The translations under genes and the position numbers were made by a program. Below, one piece after another: positions 47,071 to 57,080 of a DNA stretch of 64,000 nucleotides. The stretch is from Phoronis australis. Its lineage: Eukaryota; Animalia; Phoronida. The notes under the pieces were generated by a model. It made no database searches and had not been told where the DNA came from. It saw only the letters and a program-made list of their open reading frames with translations. Numbering within the stretch: position 1 is the stretch's first letter; every line of letters starts with the position of its first letter. The stretch is taken from positions 351,479-415,478 of the forward strand of contig NMRA01000186.1 in NCBI GenBank assembly GCA_002633005.1, read 5' to 3'.

Positions 47071-50000
47071 TTTTTTGACATTGATGGTAATAATAATAAC
47101 ACAGTGCAAAGACAGAAATTTCCACTGACACATCACACACACACGCACACATTTCACCGAAAACTCAAGTTCACAAACCAATAACACCAAATGTACTTTT
47201 CTCATCTGCATTTCTTATTAAAGAGGAAAAAACACACCATCTTTGGAGAAATATGTCTCCTAATCCATTTTTACCTTAATTATGTTTATCGAATGCTTTC
47301 TGCAGTATATAATTATCTGCTTTTTGGCCAGAAGAACGATCAAATTCAACAGTTCATTCGCTTTTCCAGTTTTACCAAATATAACAATCTGAAATCTATC
47401 GAAATATCGACGTTTTTTGAGTGAATATAATATTCTTTTCCAAAAACGGCCTAACAAAAAGTGCAACTCCAAAATAATAAATGTTCTAAAGTTTCAGGTT
47501 CATTCCTACAAAAGGTACATCGGTCAGTTGGAGAAATACCAATTCGCATTAAAAAGTTATTCTCATTTGAAACCATCTGATTATAACATGTGAAGTACAA
47601 AAAACAGAAGTTTGAAAACATAACTTCCATTCGCTCACTGATCTTGCAAACCAAAAGTATTTTCCCATTTTCTAATCCTTGTGGTTTTTTAAAAAAGTTG
47701 CCAAAATTTATGATATATATCACGAGTACCTTTCGAATTTTTCGCCAAAATTTGCCAGAGTTATGTGATAACTGTTTGAGACACTTTTGAAATTGTCTGC
47801 AAAACTGTGCTGGTACCTACCACTATAAAATTTTATGCATCCAGGTATATTTCGCTATTCAAACGTTTCTTAATAATGACATGTCACGTTTGGTAAAGTT
47901 GAATGCCTGTGCTTTTACTAGAAGGATTTCAATCTATAGAGATGTTCTGACACCCACCATAGGCAGAGCACCAATACCTGCCATGGAGGGAATTGCGTAC
48001 ATATCATGGTCATGCCTGTAAGAACGCTGTTCACCGTGGGTCTATCTAAATAACGAAATAAACAATGCTTGAGTCGCTCCCACTCGTGAAGCCGCATCTG
48101 TGGGTACACCGGTTTAAATAGTGGAAACTGCCAAACTGGGTCCATCTACATATATACACATTTGGAAATGCAGCGATGGGTCCACCTATTGCAGTGACAC
48201 CAGTATGTATTTACATAGGTGGTGGATCCATTTGTATAAACATGAATGGATCCACTAGAGAGGGTTATTTAAATTTATAAAAGTAGACCCTTCATGATGG
48301 GTTTAGTTATATTTTATAGGCTGACCCACCTGGATGGGTCCATCTATATAAATATAACTGGACTCGTCATGATGGCTACAGTTATATTTTTGTTGATTGA
48401 CCCGCCGGGATGAGTCCATCTATATAAATATAACTACCCATCATGACGTGTCATTATATTTATACAGGCAGACTCATCCCGTCTTTGGTGTACTCAGTTA
48501 GAAACAGACTTGGCTGATAAACCTTTACCGACAGGTGCGTCCACTTATAATTATATATAACGTGAAAACACATATATTTATGTGGGTGTCCCCATTTTTT
48601 GTCCATGAAATGCAAAATTTACTAAATAAGAAAAGTTCAAATTAAATACGAAGCTGTTTTGTATGGCAAAAAAAATCCGTTTTCGTCAAGTAAATCGCCT
48701 AATAATTTCCCATTCTTTTCATTCTAAGTAGGGTTAAATATTGGTTTTCCTCCAATTTGAACCTTTGTGTTATGCTATAAATGAATGGACAGGATTCTGT
48801 CATCTTTTTGACCTCGTTTAATATCCACCCAAACTCAAATGTTGAACCAAACACATCCTTCCAAAACGGATTCCTTGTGGACTGGGCAACCATTTTATAA
48901 TAGTTTCCTCCATTGAGCATTTTTTCAATGCCAAATTGACTTGAATTCCATAAAATATCTATCCAGACCGAATTATTTTGTCCATTTATAATATTTTTAA
49001 CCACGTTTCTTAAAGAACTTTTTAAATAAAGGAAACTACATGAACGATGTTGAGGCCGCAAATTTTATAATTCTGAACCATTGTCTTACAATTAATTTCA
49101 TCTTTTTTTACTCCAAATAAACTGAAAAAAAAAAACATTTTCTCCAGGTGTTTGATAACATTGTCCTGTGATGATGCGATGTGTAAGCTCAAGGTCCAAT
49201 TTGAACAAGTCAGACGCCATTTTGAATGACGCAAAGCTGTGAGTTTTCAATTAACATTTTTTCCTTTCACAAAAAATGTATCCAAACCCAAGCAACGTAA
49301 GAAAATTAAACAGAAAATCCCAAGACAATGAATCTAATGCTTTTTCAAAATCCATTATTGTCACAAAACCGGGAAGTTTACGCGAATCCGTATAATGCAA
49401 AATGTCAAAAAGATTTCTGGTGTTCTCATCAATAAATCGCCCAGATAAAAAACCTGTCTAGAAGAATTAATTTTTCAAGAATTTTTTCAGTCTTTGTTCT
49501 AAACACGATGACAAAAATTTGTAGTTTATATTTAACAAGGAAATTTGACGCCAATTTTTAAAAAAATCTGTGTGAGTACTGGGTTTTGACAGAACTTTAA
49601 TTACCCCTTGCAGTTGTGAAGCTGGGGAGTATTCACTTCAAAACTAAAGTTAAAAGACTTAAAAAGAAAGGCGATAATTCCTTTCAAAAGTATTTATAAA
49701 ATTCAACAGTAAAACCGTCAATTCCTGGATTTTTGTTATTTTTCATTGTTTTCAATGCAATTTCTAATTCTTGCGGATCAATATCTGCACCTAAACTTGC
49801 TCGATCAACTTCTTTTACTTTTTGAAACTTTGAATTTCCACCATATCCTTGATATTCCTAATTCCACATGCGTTGTCTCTCTACAAGCATATCGTTTTTC
49901 GTAAAAAGATGTTAATTCAATTAAATTTCTTTTTGATTTGTCAAAGTTTCATCCATTTTATCTTTAATAGCTTAAAAAATTCACGACATCGGCGTTTGGC

Positions 50001-50340
50001 TCATAAAAAATCACAAGAAATATTTCCTACTTTTGAAACCGAAGTTCCAAGGCCAAACAACTGCCAACTGAGACCTTATGAATACCTTTAACTTCATATT
50101 CAAAATTGCTGTTAAATAAAATGCACACACCCCTAGAGTTTCCAGTCCCATGACTGAAATGACATTCTAACCCCCCCCCCTCAGTTCTCACTATGCTTTC
50201 AATATCCCTAGTAAAGTGAGTGTATTGACGAAAAAACATTGAATGTTATAGTTGCTTAATATAGTTAAACACATCTTTGCGTCTCAAAAGGAAACCCAAA
50301 CCTCTGCAATTCACTGAGAAAATACTAATCATTGCGTTGT
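47070..50340 (-). mobile_element. Decayed, internally deleted L1/Tx1-clade LINE C
   Basis: ORF2 starts MISIFSVNCRGLG at ~50333. It has FSHGTGNSRGVCILF, KNNKNPGIDGFTVEFYK, NWRQISLLNINYK, NPFWKDV and C-terminal DRCTFCRNEPETLEHL. A (CA)n 3'UTR lies at ~47126-47150. Confidence 0.85.
47885..48537. mobile_element. Foldback/MITE-like insert with alternating-orientation ~38-bp subrepeats
   Basis: Ends CACGTTTGGTAAAG and CTTTACCGACAGGTG are imperfect TIRs. Internal GATGGGTCCATCTATATAAATATAACT units alternate with their reverse complement over 48290-48480. Confidence 0.6.
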
Positions 50341-53300
50341 GTAAGGGACTGGAATTACCTGCAAGTACGATACACCGAAACATAGAGCTAAAAGGAGGAA
50401 CCAAGCTGGTCGCATAGAGATGGTTCTGGCAAGTTAAACAATAACTTGCGAACTACGTACTACATCATTTTCCGTGAGATATCTTACACTATGAACTGGG
50501 TCGAGGACTTGAATTATTCTATGGAAATTTTAACCCAGTGAGAGATTTGTGAGTCCAATAATTTGGAATCAGTCTTGAGGGCTTGTTTCTTGCGCGAAGG
50601 TCAGGACGAAATCTTTGCACAAAAATAAGAAAAAGCTTCAGAAAGCAAGCTACAAGGACTACGTAAAATCGAGTGTCACACCCTTATTTCAGATTATGGA
50701 TGTTCGCAGTGATAAATTAACGCTAGCAACAAGAGAACGTGTACATGTAGCTGTCCAGTTTTACCATATCAATTTTTTACGTTACTTCGTCTCGAAACAC
50801 GGAGTTAATTTTCCAATAAAAGGACCAGTCCTATTGTCATTGACGGATAGCTAGGGTTTACACGAGGCAGAAAAGGGAGCCTAGTACTACCAGCATAGCT
50901 TGTCAGCCGGTAATGTAATGATTACAACAAAGTTGTCTTGGATTTTTTCTAGAATCTTGTTTGCCTTTTGCAGGTGCAAATAAAAGACTTACCTTCTAAG
51001 GAAATGCTATCACGTTTACAGGAAATAAAGTTGACCATCGAGCACTGTCTAAGTTTGCTCCTTTTTTCTCTGGCAAATAGACAAGACCAACATATCCGAT
51101 TAACATTACGTCATCGTTCTACTCCTACCCATTGCAAACTTTGTGATATATTCTGCATGTATATCAACATTTTATGGTACAATTGAAAAATAATAAAGAA
51201 CAGTTAAAAATACCCTCGTTTTTATGGTAAACACATCACAATTCCTGGGTAACATTTTGCATGTAAGGATTGCAAAAAAAACTGCAATTTTATACTGATA
51301 AGTCGATGAACTGATTCAAAAACAAGCCGGATTTGCTGTCAACGTAACGAGTAATTTTTTACTCGAAACAAAATTCTCTGTTTTTACGATTTTGTCAGGA
51401 ACCACCAATTTCCACCTTTGCCTGGCAGACACTTATTAAAATCAAGGGCGATAACTATAATATGCTTAAAACGTCAATTTCATGTGTAGGGCAACACCGC
51501 TAGAAGAGGTGGGGTTGTGAGTTAGCGTTTAGTAGGCACTGATCTCAGCAAACTGTTTTTTAGCAGAATAATGTCGCTTTAGCATTTTACACAATTTTAT
51601 AAGTCAGTGTATTTAAAATTAATAAATTCCGCCACATTCAGAAAATTTTGCGAAAGAAATACCCAACAGCCTAAATTACATATTATTACACACAGGTTTT
51701 GCTAGCAATGTATAATACCTCACGGACACACACTCTTTTACACGAAAATGAAAAGGAAAACCAAAAGTGAGAAAGTAGTCACATTTTGGAAATTCCAGGT
51801 GTGTCAACACTGATTCGTGGAATGTGTAACCACAATATTATTTCTGGCGTTTATTAATAGATCAGTCGATTGCTTTTCCCTGATGTCTTAAGAAACTTGT
51901 TTATTTAATTAACTACAGTGAATGAACCTTAATAGGTACAATGGGTTCACCACCCAAATCAAACTCAAGAAAAATGAATAGATGCTGTTGGGTGCTACGA
52001 AAAATTAACAGTAACCGTTTTTTGATTGCGACTTAATCGTTCTCGAGTTATTCGATTATTTGACCGTCACTCTCATGGTGAGTAGCGGCTTTGTGACTGC
52101 ATATTCTATTTAAAAGGAAAATTGAATTCTCATCCAATCAGTGTCAAAATGACGTAGCCCACTTTACATTTGTAAATTTAGGTTAATCTTGGTTTCTAGT
52201 AGTTCTTGCTTCCAAAGGCAATTAATTTTATACGACCGGGCTTGAAGCTGGACAAATTTGGGGCGATATTTATGACAGTTCAAAATGTGAAAATAGATTC
52301 GATGTTTATACCAAGACGTCCAATTGTGTCCCATGTCAGAGCCATGACCTCGCAAAACATGAACTTAATCTATCCTTCCGAAGTAAAGATAGTGATCTAA
52401 CATCATATTTAACCTACCCACGTCCGTTAATGCATTGCCAACGTACTCCATAGTAGGACTCCCACACAATCGGTGTCGATAGCGAGGTAGTCAGGATCAC
52501 AGGACACTACCCCTAGAAAGTCAACTTAGGTCTTGCGCTGATGAGGTTGCACCGCACACAAGCGCGATTTGTTTGCATTCGTTTGTTCTGGTGCTGGTTC
52601 CTGCTTTGGAATTTATTGGCACTAACTTTTCGCTACTCCGCCGTTTTTCAACTAATTTTAATAAGAGTCATATCATTAAAATGACGCTTACCAGTTATTG
52701 ATGTATGATTACATTAGGAGTAAAAGACAAATAATTTAACTTATAAATTATTATAATTTCACGTACCAGAGAGGTTTAGTGGTATTTTTTCAATCTGAAA
52801 TCCATGAGTGTCACCAAAATGCGAAAAATAACTGGTGTAGTAGTAAAATAAAAAATGAACCAGAGATGTTTAAAACGATTGGAAAAACCAGCTGGGAATG
52901 ATTTAAAACATTTCTACTCAATAAAGAAAAAGACCATCCCTAAAACTTGCTGTGAAGAACTTAGTCATGCAAAATTATTCATCTTCATATTCATGTATTA
53001 GTTGGACCACGCCGTTTGATACAATTGTTCTTCATCGAAAAATACAAAATATGTGATAAAATAAATACTCCAGCTATTTACAAGGAAATTTGCAGATGTA
53101 GTTTTTCTGATAGATGAACACCAAACATCTATTATGTAGCTTTGAATTGTACCGTGGATAGAAGTTTGATGAACAGAAAACAATTTCGTATAATTCAACG
53201 GGAAATGCTATCGATTCATTTACGCCAGGCATTTAATAGGATGGATAGCCGTTTCATGTGGAAACAGTACTTTCCATACACCTGTAAAAGCCTAGTGTCC

Positions 53301-54560
53301 ACTCATATTATGTATTTCACGTTATTTCTATGGTGTAAAATTCAACGAGTCATTTTGCCATGGGACTTGACAATGAGCCCCTTTCCACTTTTCATAAGTT
53401 TTCCAAGCACTGCATTTACTGTCATCGTTGCCAAGGTGGTTATCAGTATCAGTAAGTGAGAAATTCTTCAGATGCATGTACACTAAAGATAAAATTCATC
53501 ATTCTCTTCAGTAGTGATCGACAATTGCGTTAATCTCTTACGAAAGCTAACTCTCGTCTAAAAATTTGGATTGATTTGCCAGCCTGTTGGAAAGCCGATC
53601 ACTGGGGCTTTCCCAATTGCGCATAAAATGAAAGGTTTGATGTCTGAACAAAACCCACCGATTTTACGGAGTTATGACGTGAATTCATGACCAATTTTAA
53701 TTTTTGAAATGCCAAATCTAAATTTTGCTGTTGAGTCCAACGCGCTACACTTCTGCCTTTAATGAAAGGGTGAGGGGTTGTAATCAAGGTTGTAATTTTA
53801 GTACTAACTGGAACTAAACGAATTGATACAGTGATAACGTTTACAGTGCAAATAGTGTCTTAATAACCCCTTAATAACTTTCGTCTTTAAAAATCCTATA
53901 CTACAAGCACTGACAACAAAAACGATATTTTACCTCACTCCTCAATTTCCCATTAACGATCGTTGGTTTTAAATGCGCTTCATACCTGGTTTCTTCACTT
54001 TGCTTTTAGTACTCCAGTCTATTTTTTGTTTCCTGTTGTGTGGCAACATGTTTTGTGGCAGATTTTCATCCTCAGGAAAACATAGAAGTCACCTTTCGCT
54101 CACCGACCCACCTCATCTCATTGATTTGATTTCCCAGACTTTTGGTTTTAGCTTATTAAGTCATCCATATTTAAAAACCAAAAACCATACCTATGCTGTT
54201 CTTTCCAAATGAATTCCTTCATGTTTATTTTTAACGAAAATTATTGGTGTCTGCATTTTGAAATTTCTCCATTACGAGATGATTACTACAGATTGGGGCC
54301 GGTAATTACATATTGGGTCTTGCTTGCACTAGACAATGCGGTCGTCACAACTGTGGGCGATTCTGGCACCGCGCCCCGGCACTGATTCTCAGGTGAAAGC
54401 CGCTCAGAACAACGTTGAAAGAGCAGCGGTGAAAATTTCACGTTTTTATTTAGAAGTGCTTGTTTTCTTTGTAAGCGAATCAAATTTCACGGCATTTAGT
54501 AGAAAAAATCGTTGCCAGTTTCGTATTTACCCATGCCGTTGCTGTTACTAGAGAGTGCTT

Positions 54561-54643
54561 TGGCCTTTGACCTTCATAGTGTTAGTTGGAATTTCCCATC
54601 GGTCCTTAAATAGATTTCTTTTCTTAGGATATTTCACACTTGC
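54561..54643 (+). promoter_or_regulatory. Core promoter of gene 2: DR1-type element, consensus kappaB site, TTAAATAG box, initiator-like motif
   Basis: TGGCCT-T-TGACCT 54561-54573, GGAATTTCCC 54588-54597 (reverse complement GGGAAATTCC), TTAAATAG 54606-54613 and TTCACACTTGC 54633-54643. Confidence 0.7.
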
Positions 54644-54664
54644 CTTGTGAGCCTTCTGATCAAG

Positions 54665-55587
54665 ATGGAGAAAAAATGCCTAGCATGTGGACAAACCTTT
54701 GAAAACCTACAAACATGGACTGAACACTGTAAAGAAACACACGGTGAGTGTATTTCTAGCAGTAAGTACTAAAGTTGAGGCTCATCGAGAACTTGCGGAA
54801 AGCGATCTTCGGCCTAAAATTGTGCATAGCGACTGGCATGCATTACCATGAAATTCACGTTTCTTTTAATATAAGTTACTGACTAAAAGTAGCTTTCAAT
54901 TCCTTAATTATCAAATATAAGCCTGCACTAAAGTACAGTGTACCAGTCCCAAGTTATGCAGTCAACGAAAAGAGCGTACAGTGTACGAGCCTGCGTGCGT
55001 TCATAAAGACAAATGTTGAGCTATACGTGTGTATATTAGTCAAACGCACAAACGCCAGTATAATTTACAATATCAAATTTTCGATTGCAGGGTTAAATGA
55101 CATGGTTCTTTTAATGCAAATGGAGATGCAAATGCAAATGCACAAGGAGGAGGAGAAAACCAAACAGTTGCAAATGGAGAATGATCACGAGTACCGCATG
55201 CAGGTGGAAACGAAGGCGGAAGAACAGAAAACCAAAAAGTTCCAATTTGAGAAAGAACGCGAGTACAATATGCAGATGCAACAGCAGCAGGAAAAAGAGG
55301 CAACCAGACAGTTAGAAATTAACAAAGAACACGAGTACCGCATTCTCCAAGCAAACCAGGAACATGACGTAAAAATGAAGGCAGAAGCGAACCGACGACA
55401 TATGATGGACATCCAAAATGACCTCTATCAATCCTATTTACGACCAAAAAAAGTAACAAGAACCATGGAGAACAGAGGTTGGCTCTCTACAGAAGTGAAG
55501 ACCGAAACATCGGAAGAACTTCCCGACATTAGGGGTCTCATTGCAATTGGCGGGTTCAGCAAGGGTAATTTGGCCATTACTCAGTGA
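54665..55587 (+). CDS. ZnF-coil family gene 2, join(54665..54761,55091..55587), 197 aa: C2H2 finger + 3 x 24-aa repeats + C-terminal module
   Basis: Exon 1 encodes MEKKCLACGQTFENLQTWTEHCKETHGECISS. A GTAAGT donor and TTGCAG acceptor (phase 1) join it in frame with LNDMVLLMQ...RPKKVTRTMENRGWLST...EELPDI. AATAAA at 55684-55689. Confidence 0.88.
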
Positions 55588-55829
55588 ACGTAAGCACAGA
55601 ATCAGTCTTAATGCCTCAGTTTTGAAACCAATATATTTTTCTTTTTCCTTCAGCCGGTTATCGTACTACATCAAATGAAAAGCAATAAACAATTCATTCC
55701 TGGTAACATTATATTGGCCGTCGCTTAATATCTTCTGAAAATGTAGAATAGAGAAATATATTTGTGATATTGGTGATACTGATGCAGATCAACCTTTGTG
55801 GTATAACCACTTAATTTCAACAGGAAATA

Positions 55830-56565
55830 AGTGTATGTTCTACAGACAGTGATGTAAACGAGGAAGTACTTAATATGTCCTCGATCTGTTTGTCAGCTCT
55901 AGTAATACTTTGTCCTATCAAGATTTATGCAGGAGGAATGATTTTTCTCCACCAACAACACTTTATTATGATATTAAAATATCAAGCTCATCGACATGGA
56001 AAAGAATGAAAAACGCTACTTTCAATTTGCTACCACCTCATACATTGTATAAGGAAGTATTTGCAAGGGAGCAAAAAAGGATAAACAATCTCAGATTTCA
56101 TGGGAGAGTCGAATAGATATTCACAATACTGTTTATTGGTGGAATATGACCCATGCCTCGTGCATGAATTTTTTTATATTATATTACACTTCGGTGGTCT
56201 CAAATTCGATTGCACATACGATTATAACAACAAATGTTTAGCTTCATAAGATGAATATTATTGATACTGACTTAATTCTGTCCTCAGGAAAGAGAGACTA
56301 ACTTGCAAGATACCACAAGTCCCTATCAAATGCGTTTTTCAGGTATCAAAGACAGAAGTAGTAAACTAATAAAAATTGAAACATTGCAACTTTTTAAGAC
56401 TGATGGGGAGCTATTCTCCCTCTACTGGAAGTTTAATGACACGAATAATTTTGAGTGTGCTTGTGCGTGTACTGTACATGTACTTGTATATGTGTGTAGT
56501 ATAAGACGGTATAAGTATGGAATGCAACTATGTTTGAGATATGAAAATAAACGTATTAAAAAGAA
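55830..56565 (+). mobile_element. 5'-truncated L1/Tx1-like LINE 3' fragment
   Basis: Remnants such as HTIITTNV.LHKMNIIDTDL, a TG-rich 3'UTR, AATAAA and an A-rich end at ~56546-56563, as in the other L1/Tx1 3' ends here. Confidence 0.6.
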
Positions 56566-56574
56566 CTGACGAAG

Positions 56575-57080
56575 AGTTTTGTAGAGATGCAGCTTCTGTG
56601 TTTGCTTGGTCGACACTAACCGATGGCGGAAAGAACTCGCAAATTGCCAAGAATTTATCTCCTGTAGGGATTGCAAGAAGTGGTTGAAATAATTTAGCTA
56701 GACCGTTCAATATGGGAAAGGCAGCGTCTTACATGTACATGTATGTTGTCTCTGTACTCGCTGGCAACGTATCGAGCATCAGGAACCTCAATCATCAATT
56801 TTCGGTATGTTTCGTGGAAACCCAGAGCTGTTGAAGTTGAAGTGCACTGCCTTTTTGGTATACGCCTTTTGTCCGCAAATTCTTTCCCGGGATTAGCGCT
56901 TAAAGATCTGGCAAATCGGACGTTTGCATAAATCTGACTCGTGAGCATTCATTTCCTCGGTGGAATTCCTGATTTTCTCGAACGATGAAACAGTTCCAAC
57001 GATTAGACTCAATACATCCAGAATATTAAGCTCTTCATTCTGTAAGCGAATTTTTGCCTTTTTCTCGATCACGCGCACGC
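56575..57080 (-). mobile_element. Possible hAT-like transposase C-terminal remnant
   Basis: Frameshifted segments LQNEELNILDVLSLIVGTVSSFEKIRN, EFADKRRIPKR and YRKLMIEV.DA...EYRDNI resemble the region before the hAT dimerization domain. Recognised from memory only. Confidence 0.4.

Larger units (their letters stand above)
50615..55760 (+). repeat. Gene-bearing cassette 2 (upstream block + spacer unit D + gene 2 + 3' flank), paralogous to 57525-61733
   Basis: AAAAGCTTCAGAAAGCAAGCTACAAGGA and AAGGGAGCCTAGTACTACCAGCATAGCTTGTC occur at ~50631/50873 and ~57540/57781. Homology continues through the gene to ATGTAGAAT(A/G)GAGAAATATA. Confidence 0.9.

Noticed and set aside
55027-55090. Track starts for the coil ORFs (36722, 55027, 61067) as real starts
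   Set aside because: They are GTG codons. The first two are intronic and the third is inside exon 2; conserved acceptors and upstream zinc-finger exons explain the frames.
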